DNA of 59,046 bases, the filler included. It is 8 parts of 8 records of this genome, joined end to end, with 100 filler letters (N's around TTAATTAATTAA, not from the genome) between each part and the next. Parts side by side here need not be neighbours in the genome. Positions count along the whole stretch, not along the records: positions 21,109 to 27,111 come from SRR31156797_124583; positions 27,212 to 32,409 come from SRR31156797_124966; 6 more parts are not named here. One strand, given 5' to 3'. Both the position numbers and the translations under genes were made by a program. Position 1 is the first letter of the stretch. Every line of letters starts with the position of its first letter. Shown in pieces: positions 22,083 through 30,998 of this stretch. The notes under the pieces are model-generated. The model made no database searches, was not told the DNA's origin, and saw only the letters and a list, made by a program, of their open reading frames with translations.

Positions 22083-23045
22083 ATGTATTCACTGATGGCC
22101 CTTGCAATCGGCTTCATACTGGACCTGATTATCGGCGACCCCATAGGGTGGCCGCATGTTGTGCTGGGTTACGGTAAAATGATTCCCTTTTTTGAGCGAC
22201 TGTTACGAAAGGCTTTTCCCACAACCCCGTCAGGCGAGCTGACGGCGGGTGTTTTTCTCGTGATTATAATGTGTCTGATCCCGCTGGCCGTCGCCTTCGG
22301 CGTTCTTATTGCCTGCCAGCTGATCTCGCCGTGGCTGCGCGTTGGCGTGGAAAGCATACTGGCGTGGCAGTGCATTTCCCTGCGCTCGCTGCGTGTGGCG
22401 AGCCTGACGGTGTATAAGCCGCTTGAGGATAACGACCTGCCGTCCGCCCGGCGGGCTGTAGCGGAGATCGTTGGGCGCGATACGGAAACCCTAGACACGG
22501 CCGGTGTGACGCGCGCAGCTGTTGAGACCGTCGCGGAGAATACGGGCGACGGGGTCATTTCGCCGCTGCTGTTTCTGGCACTCGGCGGCGCGCCCCTCGG
22601 CCTGATGTTCAAGGCTGTGAGCACAATGGACAGCATGGTCGGCTATAAAAATGACAAGTATCTCTATTTCGGACGGGCAGCCGCCCGGTTTGACGACGTT
22701 TTAAATTTTATACCGGCAAGGCTGGCCGGCCTGTTTATGATTTTAGCGGCCTATTTCACAGGGCTGGACGGTAAAAACGCCCGCCGTATTTTCTGGCGGG
22801 ACCGGAAAAACCATAAGAGTCCCAACTCGGCGCACACGGAAGCCGCCTGCGCCGGCGCGCTCGACGTCCAGCTTGGCGGCGACGGCGTTTATTTCGGCCG
22901 TCTGATCCACAAGCCAACCATGGGCGACGACATCCGCCCCGTTGAGCCGGAGGACATTGTGCGGACAAACCGGCTTATGTACGGAACGGCCATCTTGTTT
23001 ATACTGCTGTGCCTTATCGTAAAAGGAGTGATCGTATGGCTTTAA
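22083..23045 (+). CDS. cbiB: Adenosylcobinamide-phosphate synthase
   Basis: 'DLIIGDP', 'IVGRDT', 'ETVAENTGDG', 'DSMVGYKN', 'SPNS'; ATG 22083 after AGGAGG. Confidence 0.93.
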   Translation: MYSLMALAIGFILDLIIGDPIGWPHVVLGYGKMIPFFERLLRKAFPTTPSGELTAGVFLVIIMCLIPLAVAFGVLIACQLISPWLRVGVESILAWQCISLRSLRVASLTVYKPLEDNDLPSARRAVAEIVGRDTETLDTAGVTRAAVETVAENTGDGVISPLLFLALGGAPLGLMFKAVSTMDSMVGYKNDKYLYFGRAAARFDDVLNFIPARLAGLFMILAAYFTGLDGKNARRIFWRDRKNHKSPNSAHTEAACAGALDVQLGGDGVYFGRLIHKPTMGDDIRPVEPEDIVRTNRLMYGTAILFILLCLIVKGVIVWL

Positions 23046-24106
23046 TACATGGCGGCGATACCGAAGGATACCGACTGGAATACGGACGCGCGCCGCTCGA
23101 TTTTTCCGCCAACTGCAACCCGCTCGGCGTCCCCGAAAGCGTACCGGCCGCCGTTTTTGAAGCGGCCCAGGCAGCGGACGCTTATCCCGACCCCTTATGC
23201 CGCCGGCTTGGCGCGGCGCTGGCAGAAAGGCTCGGCCTTGCGCCCGGGCAGATCCTATTCGGCAACGGCGCGGCCGACCTCATTTTCCGCCTCGCCCTTT
23301 CCGAAAAACCGAGGAAGGCCCTCATCACCGCGCCCACCTTTGCCGAATACGAGCTGGCGCTCCAAACGGCGGGATGCGTAACAACCCGCCATCCGCTCCT
23401 GAAAACAAAGGACTTTGCCGTCACAGAGACGCTTTTAGACCGTATTACGCCTGAAACCGATATGGTCTTCATATGCAATCCCAACAACCCAACAGGCCGC
23501 ACGGTTGACCCGGCTATGCTGCTGAAGATTCTGAAGGCCTGTAAAAAAAGCGATACGCTGCTCGTTGTGGACGAGTGCTTCAATTCCTTTTTGGACGAAC
23601 CGGAAAAGCATTCCCTTAAAAAATACTTACCGGACTATAAAAACCTTGTGATCCTCGATGCCTTTACAAAGCTGTACGGTATGGCCGGAATTCGCTTGGG
23701 TTATTGCCTGTCACATAATAAAAAGCTTTTAAACCGAATGAAAAATGCCGGACAGCCGTGGGCCGTATCGTCTCTGGCTCAGGCAGCGGGCCTGGCCGCC
23801 CTCGGGGAGACAGATTACGTGGCACGCGCGCGTAGGTTGATCGCAGACGAGCGGGCTTATCTACTAAAAGCTTTGGACTTGCCCGGTATCGAGCTGTTCG
23901 GCGGCGAGGCCAATTTCCTGTTCTTCCGCGCCGAGATCCCGGAGCTTGCCTTAAAGCTTCGGCAGCGCGGCATTCTCATCCGGGACTGCGGCAACTACTA
24001 CGGGCTTTCGGCCGGCTATTACCGCATCGCCGTACGGACACATGAAGAAAACGAGACGCTTGCCGAGGCCCTTAAACAAACGGCAGCCGAACAAATCCAC
24101 GAATAA
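23036..24106 (+). CDS. cobD: Threonine-phosphate decarboxylase (PLP class I/II)
   Basis: 'HGGD..DFSANCNPLG', 'CNPNNPTG', 'VVDECF', 'FTKLYGMAGIRLG'; cob operon context; AAGGAG RBS. Confidence 0.88.
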   Translation: MALIHGGDTEGYRLEYGRAPLDFSANCNPLGVPESVPAAVFEAAQAADAYPDPLCRRLGAALAERLGLAPGQILFGNGAADLIFRLALSEKPRKALITAPTFAEYELALQTAGCVTTRHPLLKTKDFAVTETLLDRITPETDMVFICNPNNPTGRTVDPAMLLKILKACKKSDTLLVVDECFNSFLDEPEKHSLKKYLPDYKNLVILDAFTKLYGMAGIRLGYCLSHNKKLLNRMKNAGQPWAVSSLAQAAGLAALGETDYVARARRLIADERAYLLKALDLPGIELFGGEANFLFFRAEIPELALKLRQRGILIRDCGNYYGLSAGYYRIAVRTHEENETLAEALKQTAAEQIHE

Positions 24107-24118
24107 ACAGGTGACGAT

Positions 24119-25615
24119 ATGACAAAACCCATTATGATTCAGGGCACGATGTCTAACTCCGGCAAAAGCCTGATGTGCGCCGGACTGTGCCGCGTATTCG
24201 TACAGGACGGCTACAGTGTCGCCCCGTTTAAAAGCCAGAATATGGCGCTCAACAGCTTCATCACCAACGAAGGCCTGGAAATGGGCCGCGCGCAGGTGAT
24301 GCAGGCCGAGGCCGCGCGGCTCGAGCCGTCGGTGCTGATGAATCCGATTTTGCTCAAGCCCACAAACGACATGGGCAGCCAGGTCATCGTTAACGGCGAG
24401 GTTTTTAATACCATGACCGCCGGAAAATACTACGACTACAAAAAAGAACTGCGCCCGGTCGTAACCAAGGCGTACAACACGCTGGCGGCGCAGCATGACA
24501 TCGTCGTCATAGAGGGCGCGGGCAGCCCGGCCGAAATCAACTTAAATCGGGACGACTTCGTCAATATGGGCATGGCGAAAATAGCCGATGCACCGGTCCT
24601 GCTTGTAGCCGATATCGATCGGGGCGGCGTTTTCGCGTCCGTTTACGGGACCGTCAAGCTCCTGCCCCCCGAGGACCAGGCGCGCTTTAAGGGCATTATT
24701 ATCAACAAATTCCGGGGCGACGTCGACATCTTAATGCCGGGCCTTAAAAAGCTTGAGGAGCTGACCGGCGTGCCGGTTGTCGGCGTGGTGCCGTATCTGA
24801 AGCTGGATCTCGACGATGAGGACAGCCTGTCCGACCGGCTCACCACACAGGTCAGCGGCAAGCCGCTCGATATCGCCGTTATTCGCCTGCCGCGCATCTC
24901 AAACTTCACCGACTTCAACGTCCTCTCGCGCTTCGCGTGCGTGGGTCTGCGATATGTCGAGCGTGCTGAACAGCTCGGCACGCCTGACCTTATCATCCTG
25001 CCCGGCACGAAAAATACGATGGGTGATCTCAAGTGGATGCGCGATAACGCCATTGAGGATGCCGTAATAAGCCGGGTGCAGTCCGGCACGCCGATCATCG
25101 GCGTATGCGGCGGCTATCAAATGCTCGGCGGGACGCTTTATGACCCCGACAACGTGGAGGACGGCGGCGAAATGCGCGGCATGGGCCTGCTCTCCGCCGA
25201 GACCGTCTTTGAGCCGCGGAAGGTCCGCACGCGCGTGACAGGGCGCATCCTGGCGCAGGACGGTTTCTTCGCTCCCCTATCGGGATTTGAAACAACGGGC
25301 TATGAAATCCACATGGGCAATACAGCGCTCGGCAGCGGCGCGGCAACCCTGGCGGTGCTGAACGACGGGCGCTCGGACGGCGCTGTGACAGGCCATGTCT
25401 TCGGCAGCTACCTGCACGGCCTGTTTGACGGAGAACTGGGGACGGCGCTCGTCCGGCTCCTGCTTCAAAAGAAAGGCCTCGATGACGACGTGTCGGCCTC
25501 GGATGACGCCGACGCCTACAAGGACCGGCAATATGAGCTTTTGGCGCAGTCGCTCCGGGACAGCCTGGACCTTGAACGGATTTATGAAATCATGGACATG
25601 CCCCGCGGCATGTAA
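24119..25615 (+). CDS. cobQ: Cobyric acid synthase
   Basis: 'IMIQGTMSNSGKS', 'PFKSQNMALNS', 'EGAGSPAEIN', 'ISNFTDF', 'GVCGGYQMLG'. Confidence 0.96.
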   Translation: MTKPIMIQGTMSNSGKSLMCAGLCRVFVQDGYSVAPFKSQNMALNSFITNEGLEMGRAQVMQAEAARLEPSVLMNPILLKPTNDMGSQVIVNGEVFNTMTAGKYYDYKKELRPVVTKAYNTLAAQHDIVVIEGAGSPAEINLNRDDFVNMGMAKIADAPVLLVADIDRGGVFASVYGTVKLLPPEDQARFKGIIINKFRGDVDILMPGLKKLEELTGVPVVGVVPYLKLDLDDEDSLSDRLTTQVSGKPLDIAVIRLPRISNFTDFNVLSRFACVGLRYVERAEQLGTPDLIILPGTKNTMGDLKWMRDNAIEDAVISRVQSGTPIIGVCGGYQMLGGTLYDPDNVEDGGEMRGMGLLSAETVFEPRKVRTRVTGRILAQDGFFAPLSGFETTGYEIHMGNTALGSGAATLAVLNDGRSDGAVTGHVFGSYLHGLFDGELGTALVRLLLQKKGLDDDVSASDDADAYKDRQYELLAQSLRDSLDLERIYEIMDMPRGM

Positions 25616-25631
25616 ATCAAAGCGTTTGCAC

Positions 25632-25859
25632 GTAAGGAACGACCCCGTTGTCGTTTCCTCCGGAATGCTTAAAATTGCTGGCAATCCTCAGTCGGCTGCA
25701 CCGACAGCTCCTTTGCCAACAGAGCCTTGACGGGACCCCTCCGGCAGGCCACGCCTGCAGCTCCCTTTGACAGGGGAGGCTTTGGCGCACACTAATGTGT
25801 CGGATAAACTAAAAACCTTCCAGTGTGTGCTATGTAGGGAACGACCCCTGTGTCGTTCC
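25632..25859. repeat. Cluster of short palindromic intergenic repeats of two types
   Basis: GTA(A/G)GGAACGAC-N6-GTCGTT(T)CC at 25632-25658 and 25834-25859; two degenerate CCTC..CAGCTCC..GAG units at about 25684-25726 and 25735-25780. Confidence 0.6.
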
Positions 25860-25994
25860 TTTTACTTTTTACACCGAATGCAAAACAAGACTTATCCGCT
25901 TCTCCGTCCTATTATGAAAGGTGGGACAAAGCACATTCCTCTTTGGTCGGGGCGGCAGGTTTTGCGACGTTTTTCGATGTAATATTAAGAAAAT

Positions 25995-26005
25995 TGTGGT
26001 ATAAT
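25995..26005 (+). promoter_or_regulatory. Extended -10 sigma70/sigmaA promoter element for msrAB
   Basis: TGTGGTATAAT (TRTGnTATAAT consensus) about 108 nt upstream of the msrAB start. Confidence 0.6.
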
Positions 26006-26112
26006 TAGCTAAACGCGCCGGTAATCAGGCACGGCGTGGGGACTGCAAACGAACATGACAACGCCGACAGGGCGTTTATCTTATGACTACAAGACGGAAA
26101 GGAAGTGCGGCA

Positions 26113-27066
26113 ATGGCGGAGATTTATCTGGCTGGGGGCTGCTTCTGGGGCCTTGAAAAGTACATCGGCTCTATCCGAGGCGTCACCGGGACGCAGACCG
26201 GTTATGCCAACGGCACCAAAACCGACGCGACGTATGAGGAAGTCTGCCGCGGCAGCGGCCACGCTGAGGCCGTCAAGGTCGTTTATGACCCTGAGGTTCT
26301 TCCGCTGAGCTTTCTCCTGTCGCTTTTTTATGAGGCAATCGACCCAACGTCCGTCAACAAACAGGGAAACGACAAGGGTATCCAATATCGCACCGGGATC
26401 TATTATACGGATACGGACGATCGGCCGCTGGTTGAAAAGTCGCTGGCGGAGCTTCAGGAGCGGCTCGGTAAGCCTGTCGCCATCGAATCGGGTCCGCTGG
26501 AAAATTACTGCCCCGCCGAAGGGTATCATCAGCAGTATCTGGATAAAAACCCCGGCGGCTATTGCCACATAGGGCCGGCCGCTTTTGAAAAGGCCGCCAG
26601 CGCCGTTGTGAATCCGGCGGATTACAGCCCGCCCAACAAGGCCGATCTCAATGATATTCTGACGGCCGAGCAATACGACGTGACGCAAAAAAGCGCGACG
26701 GAGCCGCCTTTCCGAAATGAATATTGGGACACCTTCACCCCCGGCATCTACGTCGATATCACGACGGGCGAGCCGCTTTTCGCATCGGCGGACAAGTTCG
26801 ATTCCGGCTGCGGCTGGCCGAGCTTTTCAAAGCCGGTGGACCCCAACGTCGTACGTGAGCAGAGCGACTTGTCCCACGGTATGATCCGCACCGAGGTGAA
26901 AAGCCGCGTTGGCCAGGCCCATCTCGGCCATGTGTTTAACGACGGCCCCAAGGAAGAGGGTGGCCTTCGCTACTGCATCAACAGCGCAGCGCTCCGGTTT
27001 ATCCCCAGGCAGGACATGGAGCAGGAGGGCTACGGCTACCTGCTGGACCGCATCAAGCTTGGCTGA
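26113..27066 (+). CDS. msrAB: Bifunctional peptide methionine sulfoxide reductase MsrA-MsrB
   Basis: 'GGCFWG', 'QYRTGIY', 'YHQQYL' (MsrA); 'CGWPSF', 'HLGHVF', 'RYCINS' (MsrB). Confidence 0.95.
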   Translation: MAEIYLAGGCFWGLEKYIGSIRGVTGTQTGYANGTKTDATYEEVCRGSGHAEAVKVVYDPEVLPLSFLLSLFYEAIDPTSVNKQGNDKGIQYRTGIYYTDTDDRPLVEKSLAELQERLGKPVAIESGPLENYCPAEGYHQQYLDKNPGGYCHIGPAAFEKAASAVVNPADYSPPNKADLNDILTAEQYDVTQKSATEPPFRNEYWDTFTPGIYVDITTGEPLFASADKFDSGCGWPSFSKPVDPNVVREQSDLSHGMIRTEVKSRVGQAHLGHVFNDGPKEEGGLRYCINSAALRFIPRQDMEQEGYGYLLDRIKLG

Positions 27067-27083
27067 ATAAACGATACAACCAA

Positions 27084-27111
27084 AGACGGACTGTCGGCCG
27101 ACAGTCCGTCT
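27084..27111. repeat. Perfect 28-bp palindrome downstream of msrAB (terminator-like or repeat)
   Basis: AGACGGACTGTCGG|CCGACAGTCCGTCT, ending exactly at the contig end. Confidence 0.6.
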
Positions 27112-27213
27112 NNNNNNNNNNNNNNNNNNNNNNNNNNNNNNNNNNNNNNNNNNNNTTAATTAATTAANNNNNNNNNNNNNNNNNNNNNNNNNNNNNNNNN
27201 NNNNNNNNNNNGC

Positions 27214-27687
27214 ACCGTAGATGCGGGCGGTGAAACAAATATTGCCGACATGGCAGACCTATATCGTGATCTTGGGAAAACAGTCTTCGTTGTGTGTGAT
27301 AAGCAGCCGTCGGATCGCGAAGCTCAAATTAAAACCAAAGTCCACGAATTGTTCATGCATCAAGAAAAGACATTCGAAGATTTGGTCATCAAAGGCACTA
27401 CCGATGATGCTCTGAGACTATTTGCGAAATCGTTGGATTGGCCTCAACATATCCTGTCTGACCATCCCGACCCGGAAACAGATGCGGCCACCGCCCTACG
27501 CAAGTATTTCGATTGGTCGAAGGGAAATTGGGGTACGGCTGATTTTCTCGCCCAATGTGCCGAGGATGAAATACCGGAATGGATATGCGCCACCTGTCAA
27601 ACGCTTAAGCAGCTTTGTGACCCAGCCCCGGAACTGACTGAAGAAAACCCAAAAGACGGGGAGCCGGTCTCCGATGGAACTGACTAA
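27214..27687 (+). CDS. C-terminal TOPRIM part of an OLD-family ATP-dependent nuclease (GajA-like), 5'-truncated
   Basis: Frame open from contig start: 'TVDAGGETNIADMADLYRDLGKTVFVVCDK', 'TFEDLV'; stop overlaps a UvrD gene. Confidence 0.65.
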   Translation, partial: TVDAGGETNIADMADLYRDLGKTVFVVCDKQPSDREAQIKTKVHELFMHQEKTFEDLVIKGTTDDALRLFAKSLDWPQHILSDHPDPETDAATALRKYFDWSKGNWGTADFLAQCAEDEIPEWICATCQTLKQLCDPAPELTEENPKDGEPVSDGTD

Positions 27688-29515
27688 GAGACAAAAACCC
27701 ATACTCGCGGCGAATGGGCATCTACTCGTTACTGGCGGGCCGGGTTCTGGGAAAACGACGGTATCGATCTACAAAGCCGCCGATATCGCCGCGAGTCATC
27801 TAAAGGCTGAGCAGAAGGTTCTTTTCCTGAGCTTCGCACGCCCGACAGTTTCTCGGGTTGTCGAAGCAATAGAACACGAGCACGAAATTCCACGAGAATT
27901 AAAAAAACGGATCAGAGTTGAAACCTATCACTCATTCTTTTGGCAACTCCTAAAATCACAGGGCTATCTCGTCGGATTGCCCCGCCCCTTATCAGTGTTG
28001 ACCCCATCCGATGATGCCATTGCATTGTCAGAAATTCGTGCGGAGTACGAAGCTGATAACAAACTCTCCGATGACCAGAAGGCCAAAAAAAAGGCTCGTG
28101 AAGATGCCGAGAGATTACGGCTTTCAAGGGATGAAGGGCGCATATGTTTTGATCTCTTCGCACCTTTCGTCGGTGACGTTCTTCACGGCAGCGCGAAAGT
28201 TCGAGAGCTTGTGTCTAATATGTATCCATACATCATCTTGGATGAGTTTCAGGATACAGACGCCGCTCAGTGGCATGTCGTTAAAGCCTTGGGGCAAAAT
28301 AGCACGCTTATCGCTCTTGCTGATCCCGAGCAACAAATCTACCAATGGATTCCGGGTGTCGATCCGGAGCGGCTAAACCACTTTTCAGCTGAATTTCAGC
28401 CAAAAGAGTTCGACCTCAAATCGGAGAATCACCGAAGCCCCGGGACAGATATCGCCTCGTTTGGAAACGACGTACTTCGCGGCCAGTTTCGCGAGGAGCA
28501 TCCCAGGAACGGCGTTTATGCCGGCGTCAATCTGTTTACTTTCGAGGCAAACTCGAACCAAGCAATGGCGTCGGTCGTTGGTCAGGTTTTAAAAGCGCGA
28601 GGGAGGCTAATAGATTCGAGGCGCAAAGATTGGTCGCTGGTAATTCTTGTTCCAACGAAGAAATTTACTCGCCTTGTTTCAGACACCCTTAGAACGCCGC
28701 CAAGACAAATGCCAACTATCCAACATACGGCCACCGTAGAGTTGGAAGGAGCAATTCTTGCCGCCGAATTAATCGCCTTTCTTTTGCAACGCGAAGACGA
28801 TGGGAGGCATTTCGTCCGCTTCATTGATCTCGTCTGCGCCTTTTTTCGCGGCAAAGGTGGCAGTACGCCGACAAAAGGAGCCCTGAGAGAGGCACAAGGA
28901 ATCCGCAACGCTTATGAAAAGCTGCTAAACCTGAGGAAACAGGGTAAACGACTTCCCAAGAACAGCATCCTCAACGCAATGATCCTGGTCTACACGGAAT
29001 CACAAACGGTCAAATTGACTGGAGATCCTGACCAAGATTGGCGAGCTGTCCGCGCTGTGCTGGAGAACGGAAGTTGCAACCGCTTGAAACTTGTTGGCGA
29101 AGAGGCGCGATATGTCCGATTACTGGATCGCGGTGCGCAATTGCGCCTCGCGCTTTCTGAAGATTGGCGCGAACACGGCTCTTACCGGAACGCGTTTGAG
29201 ATCACACGCCTTGCATTTGTGCAGGAACACTTTGCGACCGCCGGACGTCCCGAAACTGGCGTCATCGTAATGAACATGCACAAAGCCAAAGGAAAGCAGT
29301 TTGATGAAGTGATCATCTTCGAAGGTTGGCCCAAGGTCGCCAAACGCAAAATTGTGTCTAATCCAGATCGTATCTTGTGGGGAAACTCCCGTGACAATGA
29401 CAATGATGAGGCAAGGCAGAATTTCCGTGTCAGCATCACCAGGGGAAAAAGTCAGGTCACCATCCTCACACCCAAGACCGATCCATGTTTGTTGTTGCTA
29501 CCAGATCATCGATAA
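27674..29515 (+). CDS. UvrD/REP-like SF1 helicase (GajB-like), 613 aa
   Basis: GGPGSGKTT, 'ETYHSF', LDEFQDT, 'ADPEQQIY', 'NHRS', 'MHKAKGKQFDEV', 'RVSITRGK'. Confidence 0.9.
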   Translation: MELTKRQKPILAANGHLLVTGGPGSGKTTVSIYKAADIAASHLKAEQKVLFLSFARPTVSRVVEAIEHEHEIPRELKKRIRVETYHSFFWQLLKSQGYLVGLPRPLSVLTPSDDAIALSEIRAEYEADNKLSDDQKAKKKAREDAERLRLSRDEGRICFDLFAPFVGDVLHGSAKVRELVSNMYPYIILDEFQDTDAAQWHVVKALGQNSTLIALADPEQQIYQWIPGVDPERLNHFSAEFQPKEFDLKSENHRSPGTDIASFGNDVLRGQFREEHPRNGVYAGVNLFTFEANSNQAMASVVGQVLKARGRLIDSRRKDWSLVILVPTKKFTRLVSDTLRTPPRQMPTIQHTATVELEGAILAAELIAFLLQREDDGRHFVRFIDLVCAFFRGKGGSTPTKGALREAQGIRNAYEKLLNLRKQGKRLPKNSILNAMILVYTESQTVKLTGDPDQDWRAVRAVLENGSCNRLKLVGEEARYVRLLDRGAQLRLALSEDWREHGSYRNAFEITRLAFVQEHFATAGRPETGVIVMNMHKAKGKQFDEVIIFEGWPKVAKRKIVSNPDRILWGNSRDNDNDEARQNFRVSITRGKSQVTILTPKTDPCLLLLPDHR

Positions 29516-29633
29516 CACCAAGCTGTCAAAACCGCGCCTCTTCAAAAAACTCACTCCGAAAAATTGGCGAAAGCGGGACGATGCATCCAAGCCATTCAGC
29601 CGAATTGGCAAAGGAAAGGTTACTCCTATAGGG

Positions 29634-30062
29634 ATGGACCAATGGGCCGCGCTCGTGCTTCAGCGTTCCCTGTCAGAGAATGTGCCGGTTGAAGTTCGAA
29701 ACCTGTTCGAAGTAGCGCAAGGAGCCATGTGTTACGGCTGTTATTTTTATCCACTGTTCACGCTCGGCAGTGAACAGACCTACCGCGTTTTAGAGACAGC
29801 CTTAAAACTCAAGTGGAAAGCGCTGGATACACCTTCCAACCTAAAATCATTCCATAAGCGGCTCGTCTGGTTGTTCGAAAACGGTCACCTGACTGAAGCG
29901 CGATTCGAGCAATGGAACGCCGGACGTAACCTACGAAATTTATCTAGCCATCCCGACCGTCAGTCGATCTACGCACCGACAGATGCGCTCGGATCGCTTG
30001 ACATCGCTATCGAGCTTATCGAAGACCTTTTCGACCCTCACAAGGAGTCCACCAACGAGTGA
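29634..30062 (+). CDS. Putative HEPN-domain (DUF4145-like) protein; start uncertain, frame is open further upstream
   Basis: Helical protein with 'EQTYRVLETALK' and Rx4H motif 'RNLSSH' (29934-29951). Confidence 0.6.
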   Translation: MDQWAALVLQRSLSENVPVEVRNLFEVAQGAMCYGCYFYPLFTLGSEQTYRVLETALKLKWKALDTPSNLKSFHKRLVWLFENGHLTEARFEQWNAGRNLRNLSSHPDRQSIYAPTDALGSLDIAIELIEDLFDPHKESTNE

Positions 30063-30085
30063 CTGTTGTCATGTTGGCAGTACCT

Positions 30086-30730
30086 TCACACCTCTGGGGT
30101 CAACTCTTCCCACGCTAGAGCCTGCTCACCGTCATTATCTTCATACAGGCGCAAATTTTTCACAATCCGTCCCAAGATGAACGGATTGTGCCCGCAAGTG
30201 ATTTTGGCCAGCCATCGCCCACCTTTCGGGTGCATCGCGTATTCAGCGGGGTACGGATTGTCTTTCGCATGGCTGGAGTAGTGGATTTTCTCATCGAGCG
30301 AATAGAGTGACACCATATAGGTCTGCTCCACAAACTCCCTGATTTTCTCAGAACTTATCCGGCCATCGCGGATGGCGATCACTCGCTCGGATATCGGCGG
30401 CACGTCAGATGAAAAGTACTCCCACGTGATCAACCAGGCGCTCTTCTTGCGCTTGGCTGGTTTTATGGACTTCACGAACTGCTCTACCTGTGCGATTTGA
30501 GTGGGGATGGTCGACGGATTCCAAGATCGTTCTCTAAGGTAGTCCGCTGCCGCCGCCTTAATATCATCAAGCGTCGCCCCCTCTCGCAGCGCGGCGAATA
30601 CCATTTTCCGCGCACGCTTTTCGTCTAGCGGATGCCCGCCAAATGGCGCATCCATAAACGCAAATCCACCGGCCAACCAGTGTCGCCAATCCTCAAAGCG
30701 ATCATTTTCGTTTTCCTGATCAGTCATCAC
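30086..30730 (-). CDS. Hypothetical protein, 214 aa
   Basis: Non-overlapping ORF with protein-like composition; motifs 'HPLDEKRA', 'AWLITWE', 'CGHNP'. Confidence 0.65.
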   Translation of the reverse strand: MMTDQENENDRFEDWRHWLAGGFAFMDAPFGGHPLDEKRARKMVFAALREGATLDDIKAAAADYLRERSWNPSTIPTQIAQVEQFVKSIKPAKRKKSAWLITWEYFSSDVPPISERVIAIRDGRISSEKIREFVEQTYMVSLYSLDEKIHYSSHAKDNPYPAEYAMHPKGGRWLAKITCGHNPFILGRIVKNLRLYEDNDGEQALAWEELTPEV

Positions 30731-30998
30731 TTCTATTGCGCCAGCTGAAACTCAGTCACTCGCATCCGTCTTTCGATTGAATGAAATTAATCCAACCGGC
30801 CTACCTTTCAGGCTAATGCGCACTCGATATTCAGTGCTTCCATCTCGGTCTTATCTTTTTTCTATCGAAACCAATAACTTCTCATATTCCTACTTTGTAT
30901 TTTTTTCCCTTGGGCCTCTACAAGCCTACTTACTTGCAAATTTCAGCGACACGCGACAACTTATCACTGTACGCTCCCACATCAAAGATGAAGCACGA

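Noticed and set aside
25616-25870. Possible CRISPR array or cobalamin riboswitch near the cob genes
   Set aside because: No regularly spaced identical repeats, no cas genes, no B12-box; lies downstream of the operon
29352-29515. N-terminal 54 codons of the 236-aa ORF
   Set aside because: Overlap the conserved helicase motif VI region in another frame; unlikely to be translated
30777-30998. N-terminal extension of the DUF6035-like ORF
   Set aside because: Low-complexity T-rich intergenic sequence; ATG at 30999 is the more plausible start
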